Source: a virus
Lineage: Duplodnaviria; Caudoviricetes
Reading direction: 5' to 3' (one strand)
Virus record (IMG/VR): IMGVR_UViG_3300012203_000001
Span: 1,085 to 65,084 of that record
Length of the DNA: 64,000 nt
Within the stretch, counting starts at the first letter, position 1. Each line of letters begins with the position of its first letter. Shown here one piece after another: positions 35,552 through 46,600 of this stretch. A program made the translations under genes and the position numbers. The notes below the pieces were generated by a model. The model saw nothing but the letters and a program-made list of their open reading frames with translations, searched no databases and was not told the origin of the DNA.

Positions 35552-37686
35552 AGTTTTTTACCCTCAACTCTCTACCGTGCGCCATTTGGTTGTTCCCGCC
35601 TAACTATTCTGCCAAAGCGCCGATCCTTACGCCGTCGTTTGTTGCCACCAAAAACACGACACTGCGCAATAACCAAACCCGGATGTTGTTTACCAGCGCG
35701 TTACGCTGGAAGTTCGATTTTACTGCGTTAGTTAGTTCACAGATTGAGGCGTCGGAATTGAGAGAGGGCCTTGGCCGTTTAAAGAACGAGCAGGTGTTTA
35801 TGCCGGTCTGGGTCGATGAAACTGGAATTACTTCAGATATTGCTGCTGCTTCAAACATAATCAATATCAAGCTGCCGCCGATTAGATATTCTCAGTATTT
35901 CGTGATCCTTGATTCGAATAGAAATTATGAAATTATTCATGTTTATTCAATTGGACCTAATACAATAACGTTGTACGCAGGTACATATACATTAAACAGT
36001 TGGTCGAAAAATGATTGTATGATTTGTCCGCTGATTGCTGGCCGGTTCGATCCGCGGCCGGTTGTATCGGACGACAGTGATATCGTATCAGAACCGCAGG
36101 TCACCTTCATTGAAGACTGCGATGTGTTTTACTCGCTGACTCCGCTTGGGCAAAATTTGGCGGCGGTGGGTTCAACCATTTCGGCGTTTGCGAGTTATCC
36201 GATTTGGGATGTGCGTCCGACGTTCGTTGCACAAACCGATTCGACAGAGGTCGATATTTCAATTGATCCTATTGGATTTTATCGGCGCCCGCAAAAAACT
36301 GTTTATCCGCAAGCTGTCAGACGCGTACTCGATTTCACGTTTGTTTGTACGGAGCGGCAGACAATTCAAAGAATAGAAAATCTGTTCTCGTCAATTACAA
36401 CGGCCGGGGTGACTAGTACGGTTGGATCTGTTGTGCCGTTTATGACTCCGACATGGCGCGGTGATCTTACGCTGATCGGTAATTTGCCTGGATCACCCGC
36501 GAACCAGATTGTTGTGCAAGTATCGACCTATTCCGATCCGGCGTTTAACGTAACGCCTGGTAAAGGGTATCTAGCGCTTTCGGATGCAACGCGGTTGCAG
36601 CCGGTGCATGCCACATTAATCGTTGGTGGCACATTGACATGTGAAGCGAATGTGACCGGAACATGGAAAGTGGGTCAAACCCAGATTAGTAATCTTGTTT
36701 TGGTAACGCTGCATGATGATTCGATTGCGTGGACATACGAGTCTGGTCAAGTTGCGACCGTAAAAATCAAGATGGTCGAAGTTACCGAGGAATATTCAAC
36801 CCCGGCAACGTACGGAAGTCCGATTTATTTGTATCGGTTTACGCACAAGGTGCCTACAGCGCAGGTGTACAGGTTCACGAGTAACGAGGCGGCTGTTACC
36901 ATGTCAGGCGATGGAACCTATCAGCCTGGACCGTTCAACCATAAGAACATCAAACTCTCGCTCGATCCGACCAGTGATGAAGCGCAAATTGAATCGTACG
37001 ATTTTACAGGCAACCCGCTCTCGTTGATAACGCAAAATGGTAATTATGGTCTCAACGGTAAATTGATCTGCGAAATAATTGAGACAAACCGGTTTAATCT
37101 TGCCGCTAGGCTTCAAACATTTTGGGGTATGGCTGTCCAGTCCGATCCGGAAGGAAACAAATTTACCGTTACGTTCAGGCCGATTGATTCTGCGCTTGAC
37201 CAAAAATCGCGCATGATGTTTCAACGCGCGTGCGTCTGGGATCTATACGGGATGGGGTGTGGCGTGCCTCTATCTCAGTACAGAATTGGAATGACTGTTA
37301 CGGCTTTCGGCGGGAATATAGTTACTATAGTAGGAAGCGTAGCGTTTACTTTGCCTGCTCAATATTTGGTGTGGGGTTATATCGAAACACCAACAAAAAC
37401 CGATCTGTACGAAGTTAGGTCAATCAATTATGCGCAGGTGTGTTATTCCGGTGTTCCATTTCAAATCAATGTAACGCGGCCATTTATGCATTTGGCTGTT
37501 GGCGATACCGTTTATGTTTATCCTGGGTGCGGCAAACGGTTTGTTGAAGATTGTATCGGTAAATTTAATAACAGCATCAATTTTGGTGGTAACCCATGGA
37601 TACCAATCGACCCGCCAAACATCATAGGGGTATCGACTAAAAGTGGGTCGGGCGGTGGCGGTAAAGGTGGGGGAGGCGGCAAATGA
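35548..37686 (+). CDS. Tail hub/distal tail protein with C-terminal BR0599/DUF2163-like domain
   Basis: C.W.LY..GCGV and YPGC.K....C..KFNN..NFGG.PWIP. Confidence 0.8.
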   Translation: MKFFTLNSLPCAIWLFPPNYSAKAPILTPSFVATKNTTLRNNQTRMLFTSALRWKFDFTALVSSQIEASELREGLGRLKNEQVFMPVWVDETGITSDIAAASNIINIKLPPIRYSQYFVILDSNRNYEIIHVYSIGPNTITLYAGTYTLNSWSKNDCMICPLIAGRFDPRPVVSDDSDIVSEPQVTFIEDCDVFYSLTPLGQNLAAVGSTISAFASYPIWDVRPTFVAQTDSTEVDISIDPIGFYRRPQKTVYPQAVRRVLDFTFVCTERQTIQRIENLFSSITTAGVTSTVGSVVPFMTPTWRGDLTLIGNLPGSPANQIVVQVSTYSDPAFNVTPGKGYLALSDATRLQPVHATLIVGGTLTCEANVTGTWKVGQTQISNLVLVTLHDDSIAWTYESGQVATVKIKMVEVTEEYSTPATYGSPIYLYRFTHKVPTAQVYRFTSNEAAVTMSGDGTYQPGPFNHKNIKLSLDPTSDEAQIESYDFTGNPLSLITQNGNYGLNGKLICEIIETNRFNLAARLQTFWGMAVQSDPEGNKFTVTFRPIDSALDQKSRMMFQRACVWDLYGMGCGVPLSQYRIGMTVTAFGGNIVTIVGSVAFTLPAQYLVWGYIETPTKTDLYEVRSINYAQVCYSGVPFQINVTRPFMHLAVGDTVYVYPGCGKRFVEDCIGKFNNSINFGGNPWIPIDPPNIIGVSTKSGSGGGGKGGGGGK

Positions 37687-38171
37687 CAATCGAGCAATTG
37701 CGACAGACGATTGTGGCTGAAGCCTTGTCATGGGAAGGCACGCCATTTCATGTAGCTAGCTCAGCTAAGGGCCTAGGAGGCGGCGTTGATTGCGGCGGCC
37801 TTGTTATGGCGGTGTTTGCTTCAGTCAACATGGTTATGCCTGAACCGTTGCCATATATTGATCCTCGACACGCTTCGCACAACAAAAGGTCGTTTATTCT
37901 GGAATGGTTGGAACGTCATCCGGAACTGTGTCGAGACGTTTCTAGCGAAGTAACAATCGATGATCGCATTGGTCAAAAGGGAATACTTGCTGGTGACGTT
38001 GTTTGTTATAGGTACGGTCTTTGTGTGCATCATTGCGGGATCGCGATCAGTTCAGTGTACACGGTGCAGTCCGTGTATCCATACGGGGTTACAAAGTTCG
38101 ATATGACTGGGCCGATTTTTCGAAAACAATATCAAGCCACGTTTCGCGCTCTTCCGTTATGTCATCAGTAA
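37683..38171 (+). CDS. NlpC/P60 tail-associated peptidase
   Basis: IV.EA.SW.GTPF......G.GVDC.GL, GDV......HHCGI. Confidence 0.9.
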   Translation: MTIEQLRQTIVAEALSWEGTPFHVASSAKGLGGGVDCGGLVMAVFASVNMVMPEPLPYIDPRHASHNKRSFILEWLERHPELCRDVSSEVTIDDRIGQKGILAGDVVCYRYGLCVHHCGIAISSVYTVQSVYPYGVTKFDMTGPIFRKQYQATFRALPLCHQ

Positions 38172-41100
38172 GCACGGCTACAAATAAGACAACCAAGCAG
38201 CGTGATCCGTACGGGATAAAGATACCGCAAACGAACACGAATCAGGAAGTTATCCAGATTCCATACGTGGCAGGTCTCGTGAAGTTACCGGTGATGTGGT
38301 GTGGTGGTCCGTATGGATTGCGTGTTGTCGATATCACGCAAAAGCAGGGATCTGGCAAAGGTGCAACGACATCGACGGTAGGTCACAAGTACTACGCTAA
38401 TTTGATTGGTATATTATGTATCGGTCCAGTGGATCGGATTCGAGAGATAATTATAAATAATTCGCTTGTTTGGGTTGGAAGTATTTATAGGTCAGAGAGC
38501 CCTAGTTATGCGCAAATTGGGTTACCTAGTGACGATGGACAGATCCGCATTTATTGGGGAGCGTCAACTGATCCTGCGCCTAGTTGGTTTGGAACAAGTG
38601 AACCTTACGGACATCCTGGGTATCGGTGGCGTTGTCGAATTGAGTTCTTGCAACTCCTTTACGGCGCCAGCGACACGACGCAGGTACCGAACGTAGAGGT
38701 TGTTTTAGAGAGGCATCCATCTTGTGCACAGTTTGATCAGTACTTTGGTCCAGGTAATCACGCGCTTTACATTGAGGAACTAGGAGTCAGCCCGTTTGGT
38801 TGTATTTACGAATGGATGTTCCATCCTGTCTACGGTGCCGGGATACCGGATAATACGGATTTTACCAATTGGAGGAATGCAATTGCCGATACTCATCTCA
38901 ATTATATAATGATTAACCCGAAGGTTGATGCGGCTGAGACCTTCAAAAGCTTGATTCAAAAAGCGCTCCAATATTTTGATGGTTGGATCAGGATGTCGCC
39001 AACTGGACAGTTGCAGATTGGCCGGTTTGCGCATGTGAATGCTGTTCCTGTCACGACATTGAACGATCATGATTTTCTTGGTGAGCCGAAGATTACAACC
39101 AAGATGCTCGATGACACGCTTAATCAGGCGATCGTCAAGTTCGTAAATCAGTACAACTATTTTAAAGATGACGCCGCGATTTATAATGACTTCGGCAACC
39201 AGTTAGTCACTGGCTACATTAAGTTTGTCAATTACGATCGACCGTGGATCTGTAATCCTGATTTAGCGTTTCAAGCCGCTTCGGTGCTCGGGATGCTTTA
39301 CGCTAACCCGATCATTTCCGGCACGATAACGGTTTCGAAGGAGTACGTAGCAGGAGTTAATCCTGGCGATCTTATCCAGATCGATTCGGATACGTACAAT
39401 CTAGCTGGCCTATTCCGAGTCAAAACGATGACCTTATCGGAAGCTACTAAATGGACATGCGAAGTCGAGATAGAACAGGAACGCGGTACGTTTCCGACGC
39501 TTTACGCAGATACTGCCGCGCCATACCCAACAAAACCAGAGATTGAAGCGCTTGATATAACGTTGGCGCGTATAGTGGAACTTCCGCCTGGGCTCGGAAA
39601 ATCTGTTTACAGTTTAATGGTAACGATTTTAGCGGAACGCGAAGATCCATTAATGCAAGGGTTTATTCCCTGGTTTACCCAAGATCCGATCGGAAGCCAG
39701 GTGTACGATGATACGAATATTTCGTGTCGATTCGCAGTTGGAGCGAAACTAATGGCCGAGACGGGGATCACAGGTGAAATAGATACAGCAGTTGGGTTTT
39801 GGCTTAAGGCTAATAATTTTGACGGGGCGCTGATTCAATCGCAACCGGATCTAGCGAGAGATAATTTTGAGTGGTTGATCTTTATCGGGAACGAGATCAT
39901 GTCACTTGGCCAAGTGGTCGCTTACGGCGCAAATCTTTACCACGTATTTACACGCCGTGGCTGTTTCGGAACAACGATTGTTGAGCATTACACCAACGAG
40001 CAAGTGTGGTTTGTTCAACGCGCGAATATGCCTATGGTTACGCATTCAACATGGAAAAATGGCGATACATGGTATTTCAAGCTGCAAGGGTTTAATCAAA
40101 CCCACATTTACGATCTCAGTTTGTCATCGATTTTTTCCTATACGTTTCGTGGTGATGCTGGGTCAAGCGGGTTGCTAGGGCCAAGTAATTTCATTGTTGG
40201 CACATCTGGAAACGCCGTCTTATTCAACTGGAAAGATGATCCGTCGCCAGGCGTCGTCGGCTACGAGATCAGGTACGGAGCTGTGAATGGCGTTTGGTCA
40301 AACGCTCGGGTGTCAGTCACTAAGGTGACAAATAGCCGGAACGTGCAGCTTACCAATATCCCGCCCAACGTCTGGAAATTTTACTTAGCGTCAATGGATA
40401 TGTTCGGATCGTACTCGATCCCGGTAACGTATATCCTGACGATCCCTGCGTTTACTTACATTCTGGCGGAAAAGAATTATGGGCCGGTTCAGCACGGTCT
40501 TGATACCGGAATTGAGCCTACCCTGGATTGGGACGTGGGAGCCGGTACGATTCTCACAAATTGCCTAGTGCATCCGACATCGTACGGGTTATTGCCGCAA
40601 GATACGCATATGGCTAGTTATGTGCCGCCGGGCGGCACCGGGTTTGAGCTCTTTGACAATTTTGTTAATGGATGGCCTGCTGTATGCACTGCTGAGTTTC
40701 CTGTGATCGATTCGTTGGGGAGCGGTTCAAGTATTCGCAACTCAGAGATCGTGAACGAATATTTGATAGGTCTGTTAAATCAAGGGATCGCCGGCGAAGA
40801 TTTCTTGATCTCGTTAAACCCGACCTGGGCGCAAGCAACGATTGTTAACGGCGTCGTGCATCCGACTTGTTACTGCGTGATTCCGACAACAATTCATAAT
40901 GCGAGCTATGTGCCAACAGGCGGCACCGGGTTTGAACTCTTTGACAATTTCATTTTCGATGTTAAACCAACGACATCGATCAGCTATATACAGGATGTAA
41001 ACGAACCGTATCCGTGGGATGCAACACTGAACGCTGTCTGCAAATTTGGGTACTCGAACGGGTCTGTTTCCCAAACGCTCTCAATCAGTTGGTCGAGCGA

Positions 41101-41662
41101 TCGTATTACTTGGAATCAATTGACAAGTGGCCCGGGATCGTTGGCGGCGAGTTACATCGCGCGCTACGTAAAGTTTAATCTTTCGCTCGATAACACGCAT
41201 CCGGTCGGGTTCGTGGATGCGATGAGCGGCGAAATCATTGCTGGATCATCCAAATATTGGACATCGATCCTGGCGCAGATAAAGACGAGCTCGGACAATA
41301 TCACGTTTGGTAATTGGATCGAGGTATCATCTAACTTTGTTTCTGACGAGTACATTAAGCCGCGTGTTACATGGAACCCGACTAGCGGAAAATGGCCGGT
41401 CTCAGTGTCGTCCCTTTGGCTCTTGCTTGATTCAGTCCAGAATACGCAATCGGATTTCAGTGTATCGGTTCCGTCCGGTGGCGTAACGATCACTTTCCCG
41501 ATTCCGTTCCGCCAAAAAGTGAGTGTGACGGTGACCACAGTATCCGGGTCATCTGGGTACGCTGTAGTTACCAGTTATACGCTGACGGGGTTTACGGTTC
41601 AGGTGTTTAATGCCGGGTCGCCTATCGCCGGAACAATTAATTGGCACGCAATAGGAATTTAA
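38159..41662 (+). CDS. Central tail tip/host-specificity protein
   Basis: IPYV.G, LC.GPVD, PNVEV, PGD.I, RG.FGT, FN3-like YEIRYG; follows NlpC/P60. Confidence 0.8.
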   Translation: MSSVSTATNKTTKQRDPYGIKIPQTNTNQEVIQIPYVAGLVKLPVMWCGGPYGLRVVDITQKQGSGKGATTSTVGHKYYANLIGILCIGPVDRIREIIINNSLVWVGSIYRSESPSYAQIGLPSDDGQIRIYWGASTDPAPSWFGTSEPYGHPGYRWRCRIEFLQLLYGASDTTQVPNVEVVLERHPSCAQFDQYFGPGNHALYIEELGVSPFGCIYEWMFHPVYGAGIPDNTDFTNWRNAIADTHLNYIMINPKVDAAETFKSLIQKALQYFDGWIRMSPTGQLQIGRFAHVNAVPVTTLNDHDFLGEPKITTKMLDDTLNQAIVKFVNQYNYFKDDAAIYNDFGNQLVTGYIKFVNYDRPWICNPDLAFQAASVLGMLYANPIISGTITVSKEYVAGVNPGDLIQIDSDTYNLAGLFRVKTMTLSEATKWTCEVEIEQERGTFPTLYADTAAPYPTKPEIEALDITLARIVELPPGLGKSVYSLMVTILAEREDPLMQGFIPWFTQDPIGSQVYDDTNISCRFAVGAKLMAETGITGEIDTAVGFWLKANNFDGALIQSQPDLARDNFEWLIFIGNEIMSLGQVVAYGANLYHVFTRRGCFGTTIVEHYTNEQVWFVQRANMPMVTHSTWKNGDTWYFKLQGFNQTHIYDLSLSSIFSYTFRGDAGSSGLLGPSNFIVGTSGNAVLFNWKDDPSPGVVGYEIRYGAVNGVWSNARVSVTKVTNSRNVQLTNIPPNVWKFYLASMDMFGSYSIPVTYILTIPAFTYILAEKNYGPVQHGLDTGIEPTLDWDVGAGTILTNCLVHPTSYGLLPQDTHMASYVPPGGTGFELFDNFVNGWPAVCTAEFPVIDSLGSGSSIRNSEIVNEYLIGLLNQGIAGEDFLISLNPTWAQATIVNGVVHPTCYCVIPTTIHNASYVPTGGTGFELFDNFIFDVKPTTSISYIQDVNEPYPWDATLNAVCKFGYSNGSVSQTLSISWSSDRITWNQLTSGPGSLAASYIARYVKFNLSLDNTHPVGFVDAMSGEIIAGSSKYWTSILAQIKTSSDNITFGNWIEVSSNFVSDEYIKPRVTWNPTSGKWPVSVSSLWLLLDSVQNTQSDFSVSVPSGGVTITFPIPFRQKVSVTVTTVSGSSGYAVVTSYTLTGFTVQVFNAGSPIAGTINWHAIGI
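40549..40953 (+). repeat. Internal duplication in the tail tip gene (two ~39-codon copies, 288 bp apart)
   Basis: VHPTSYGLLPQDTHMASYVPPGGTGFELFDNF vs VHPTCYCVIPTTIHNASYVPTGGTGFELFDNF. Confidence 0.85.
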
Positions 41663-41663
41663 T

Positions 41664-42491
41664 ATGCCAGCAGTCAATCAATCGCTTGTCCCTTATAATC
41701 CTCTTGGTCGCCCTAATTATGGTGACGGAACGTCGTATACAAACTCAGTTGATGCATGCTTAGCGATTTCGGGTCAGCTCGCCGGTGCGCTTGCGGTGGT
41801 GCCGAACTCGCCGGCGGCGATGTCTGTGTTGGTAGATATCGGGTACACTATTCCTAGGCCAGGGCAAACCGTACCGGCGTGGTTGAATAATGGCGCTGCA
41901 CCGCAAACGGTATCGTTAGCTGCGCCTGGATCAAATTCGTATTACGCGACGATCTATTGGAATCTGTTGACGGCAACGGCAGGTGCTATATACGGTGCGC
42001 CGGCAACAAGCCCGACTCCGATAATACCTGATGGCAGTTACCAAGTTCCGTTAGCTTTTGTTTTAATAGCTAGCACGGATACTACAATAATTGCAAGTAA
42101 AATTGTAGATGCTCGGTTCGTGATACCAGATAAACCTCTGACGGCGTCTCTTGGGCTCGTTACAACAAATCAGATAGTGAATTGTCAGGGTGCAAGCATT
42201 GTCCATGTAAACATGGTATTAAACGCTTATGTGACGTTGACCTTAAATAATTTACGATACGGTGTCCCGATATTTATTACTGCAACAAATGTAAATGCCG
42301 CTTCTGTGGTTTTAAAGTTAGGAGCAACTACGCCAAGTGGTTTAACGTATGCAATTAACGGTAAAATCGCCGGGACAAACGCAACACCAACAGATATGGC
42401 TGCAACTGGCGCAACCCTAACAACTGGCGATGTAATTTTACTTATTGGAAGTATAGTGCCAGGTCAGGCGATAATGTTTGCAATTTGTTAG
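41664..42491 (+). CDS. Tail fibre-associated protein
   Basis: P.P........PLA.V.I......I....I.DAR motif typical of fibre N-termini. Confidence 0.6.
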   Translation: MPAVNQSLVPYNPLGRPNYGDGTSYTNSVDACLAISGQLAGALAVVPNSPAAMSVLVDIGYTIPRPGQTVPAWLNNGAAPQTVSLAAPGSNSYYATIYWNLLTATAGAIYGAPATSPTPIIPDGSYQVPLAFVLIASTDTTIIASKIVDARFVIPDKPLTASLGLVTTNQIVNCQGASIVHVNMVLNAYVTLTLNNLRYGVPIFITATNVNAASVVLKLGATTPSGLTYAINGKIAGTNATPTDMAATGATLTTGDVILLIGSIVPGQAIMFAIC

Positions 42492-42502
42492 TGAATAACT
42501 CA

Positions 42503-42799
42503 ATGGCTGCAATAGTCCAAATCGATTCGGATCTTGCCAATGCAATCGCGGGAATTGTTTTAGCGGCTGCAAACACCGGTCTCATTGATGCGGTCACCAG
42601 TGATCAATATCGTGCGGCGTTAATGCCTGCATCGCAGACGATCGTGCGCAAGTTCACCTGGATCATTCCGGCCGTAACCCAGACCGCGCAGACGCCCGGT
42701 GTCGTGGCGCTCTGCGATGACGGCAACATTTACGAGACGACCGATGTCACCGCGACGCCGGTCGTGTGGGTCGCGAAAGGAGGGGCGCCGCAAACATGA
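42503..42799 (+). CDS. Hypothetical virion protein
   Basis: ORF in the tail cluster, ATGA-coupled to the next gene. Confidence 0.5.
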   Translation: MAAIVQIDSDLANAIAGIVLAAANTGLIDAVTSDQYRAALMPASQTIVRKFTWIIPAVTQTAQTPGVVALCDDGNIYETTDVTATPVVWVAKGGAPQT

Positions 42800-43155
42800 A
42801 ACTCGTTATCTACCGCGATAACAATAACACGTTGCAAGTCCAGGTGTTTCATGCGGATGGGTCACCTTGTAATCTTTTCGGGTGCCAAATCCTGATGGCG
42901 TTTAAGAGCGATCAATCGTTACCGAATTCTGCTGCGTTGATCATTAAAGGAACAACGCCGCCTTATTCAGGAATAACGATTAGTAATGTACCAAACAACA
43001 CATTTAATGCGGCAATCCTGACGGCAGATACTCAAGGGTTACCGGACACCATCGAGGTGTTTACTGATATTTTAATAGTCGATCCGATCGGTAACGCGTT
43101 TACGGTCGCGAACCCAACAACCGTGGAAATCAAAGCTAATATAACAAGGAGATAA
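42796..43155 (+). CDS. BppU N-terminal-like baseplate/fibre adaptor
   Basis: I.R.....L.V......G.P.NL.G...L..ADT..L beta-sandwich pattern. Confidence 0.55.
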   Translation: MKLVIYRDNNNTLQVQVFHADGSPCNLFGCQILMAFKSDQSLPNSAALIIKGTTPPYSGITISNVPNNTFNAAILTADTQGLPDTIEVFTDILIVDPIGNAFTVANPTTVEIKANITRR

Positions 43156-43161
43156 TGTTTT

Positions 43162-43590
43162 ATGCCTAGTCAAGAATCTACTTATTTTGTGAACCTGCAT
43201 GAAGATGTTTGGTTCGGTAAAAATCAAACGATGCCTACGATCCCAGCTAACTGGTACGTGTGCATGTTCTCGACCACGCCAGGGTTAGGCGATTTGGGCG
43301 GTGTTGAACTTACTGGATCTGGGTACGTTCGTCTTGTGATCCCGAATACAACATCCTATTTTTCGGCTGCTTCCGCGCGTGTAAAAGTCGGGGCCGGCGG
43401 CTCGTATCCTCTCGCTTGGTTTACGGCTAGCGGTACACTTGGGCCGGTTGTGGCTACCGGACTAAGGGACGCGAGCTCTGGTGGCAACCTGATCTTGCTC
43501 AACGATTATGCATCTGGCAATCAGCAGACGATCTATTCCGGTAACGTGATAACGTTCAATGCGGCGGATTTCTCGTTAACGATTAATTAA
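43162..43590 (+). CDS. Phage tail fibre-associated structural protein
   Basis: Y...F.T.P...G..E.TG.GY.R......GL.DA.SGGNL motif. Confidence 0.7.
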   Translation: MPSQESTYFVNLHEDVWFGKNQTMPTIPANWYVCMFSTTPGLGDLGGVELTGSGYVRLVIPNTTSYFSAASARVKVGAGGSYPLAWFTASGTLGPVVATGLRDASSGGNLILLNDYASGNQQTIYSGNVITFNAADFSLTIN

Positions 43591-43618
43591 TAAGTATGCC
43601 AGGATGTAGTTAGACGTT

Positions 43619-46600
43619 ATGATTGCAATCCAAGCCAAGGCTCCCGGTAGCGCTAACACGGCAACGCCGAATGCAACGTTCGGCGCTGCCGTAACTACTG
43701 GCAACGCCATTATTGTTTGGGTTAGCTGGTTTACGGCCTCAGGATCGGTAACCAGCGTTACAGACAACTTAGGAAACACCTATACGTCAATGGGGGCCCG
43801 AGTTCAGAGCGGTAATACGGGCGAACTTTGGGCTGCATTCAATGTCACCGGGGGAACAATTACCGTTACAGGCCATCTATCGTCATCGCAGACTTCGGCT
43901 CTTTGCGTGATATTGGAGGTTACAGGTATTTCGTCATCACAAGACGGATATGCAACTGCACATGCAAGCTCAAATTTAGTTAATGCCGGCAGCATAACTA
44001 CCACAAACGCAAACGATTTCCTTGTGCAATTCATGCGAGGTGGGACTCTCGCTAATATTGACCCTGGATGGTCAAACCAACCTTCTGATGGCAACGGCAT
44101 GTTCGGCCAATACAAAGTCGTTGGCGCTACCGGCACTTATTCAGGCAAAATTAATCTTGCTGCATCTACAACCTGGGTATCTGCAATAGCCGCATTCAAG
44201 GCCAATCTGCCAACGGCATCGGTGCAGGCCGCAACATCGGTAACATCCAACTCAGCGACTCTGAATGGAACAATCGTGTCCTCGGCTGCGGGCAATTGCG
44301 TTATTGCGGGATTCAATTTCGGGCTGACAACGTCGTATGGAGCTACCGTTCAAAACACTGGAAGCTTTGGCACCGGAACGTTCTCTGTGGCTATCACTGG
44401 TTTACAGCCAAATACCACGTATCACGTCCAGGCATTTGCTGAAAATGTCGGAGGATACGGCCTTTCTGCCGATACCACGTTCACCACGACTGCCGGCTCT
44501 GGGCCGCCATCCCCTCCTACATACAGCAAGGGAGAAGTTCTATTTAACAGTACGCAGCTAGGGACCGCGGGACAAGACGTAACCGGAACCAAGGCCAGCC
44601 TTATAGATGCCGATAAATCCACCTATTGGCAAACAACCATAACCGATAATTTTGATTGGGTCGGCGTAGATTGTGGAACGGCCACAAATCTAACTAGGGT
44701 TAGAATTTCCCCCATGAACGAATGCCTTGGGATACAAGTTCAAGGGAGCAATGATTCTACATTTGCAACTGGCGCTGCGGTTCTGGCTACGATTACATCC
44801 CCTCCACCACCCGGACAATTGCAGAAGGAATACGCCATCAGCATACCGTACAACTGGACGTTTCGATACTACCGAATATGGTGCAACTATGCGCGCATGT
44901 TTTTGGCCGATCTAGACTTTATCGGCAATTACACCTCCGGTGTCACAGCGGCAGCGGTTCAACCTGACATGACCCCACCAGGAGGATACTACGATAAGCC
45001 GATCCGGGTAAGGCTATCTTGCTTGACGACCGACGCTAATATCTATTACACAACGGACAACTCGACTCCAACCACAAGCTCAACACTATATACGGTTCCG
45101 TTTGTGGCGCCAGCTAGCGCCAACACCAACGTTAGGGCGATAGCCACCAGCGCAAGTTTAACAAATAGCAGGGTGTCTCCAAATATCGAAGGTGGACTAA
45201 CGGCCGACTACAAGCCGCCTTGGACATTCTTTATACCTTCTCAATCTATCCCCGGTAAAAATATTTTTGACGTTAATCGAGGATACAGGCTCAATAGACT
45301 CGAAGGGTCAATTTTGAAAGATCCGGTAAGCGGTTATTGGTACGCTTATGGAACATGTGCAGACGGAGGGCCAGGCAGCCCATTTACAGGGGAATCAGTC
45401 TACAGATCAGCGGACCTGATAAACTGGGAATGGAGAGGCATGATTATGGGTCCCGCGTCATTAGGTTATGATAGCAGTCTGATTCATCAGGATTTTCCTA
45501 ACCTAACTCTGCACAGGACGCAGGTGCTCTATAATGCCGCTAATAATAATTATGTAGCATGGACGGCAGATTATCAAAGTGGCGCAATCTTAAGATATCA
45601 TCGGTCCTGGACATCTAGTAGCCCGGATGGTCCATTCACTCTTGTTACCACGTTTAATAGCGGTGTTGGTGGTCGCGCGGGAACAGGATTGGATTTTGGC
45701 AGTTTTGTTGATCCAACTAACGGCCAGCCATACTTAATATGGGTAAATAATGGCAGTGGCAGTGGAACTAGTATGTCGTTCGCAAAGCTGAACGCTGCGT
45801 ACACGGATGTCCAGACCGGCGCGGGGAACATGTACACTATTGATTATGGCGTAAATCAACGGGAAGCGCCTACTATGTTTTACCGGAACGGTACGTATTT
45901 TCTGATGTTTACTGACCAAACTGGCGGCGCTTACACTCATGGTTATTATACAACGGCATCTTCTCCTCTAGGGCCGTGGGATGGAACACAAACAAATCCG
46001 TTTCAAACATCCACTGTTGAAGATAAAACTTTAGGATACCATTCCCAATGTAGCCAAGTTATAAAGATTCCCGGCCGAGACGACGGAACCGGAAAAGGCG
46101 CTTTTCTTTATGACGGATCGGGCCATTCAATTCCGACAGCTACAGGACTGAACACCCACCTTTGGCTCCCTATCGTGTTTCCAACCGATAGCACGATGAC
46201 GATTTCGTGGGATACATATCTCCCTAACTGGACATTGGACGGCATTTTCCCAACCGTGAGCGGCGCACCCTTAGCGGCAACAGGACTATCGGCATCGTGG
46301 TCAGGACTAAATGCGTCAATTGCCTGGGCAAATAATGAGACAGCTCCTAAAAAGATCTATATAGATCGAGCTGATGATTCTGCTTTTACAATAGACGTTG
46401 AATCAGAAGTATTGGCTGACGGAACCACATCATTTATCGACACAATGGTTGGGTTCCACGCCACTTTATACTATCGGATTAGAACCGTAAATTCCAGTGG
46501 GACAACGAATAGCGCATCCGTATCCTTATCACCGCCAATGACGTTGTTATCGATTACGGATGCAACTATTGCAGCGATAGGCTTAGAAGATAATCGGCAT

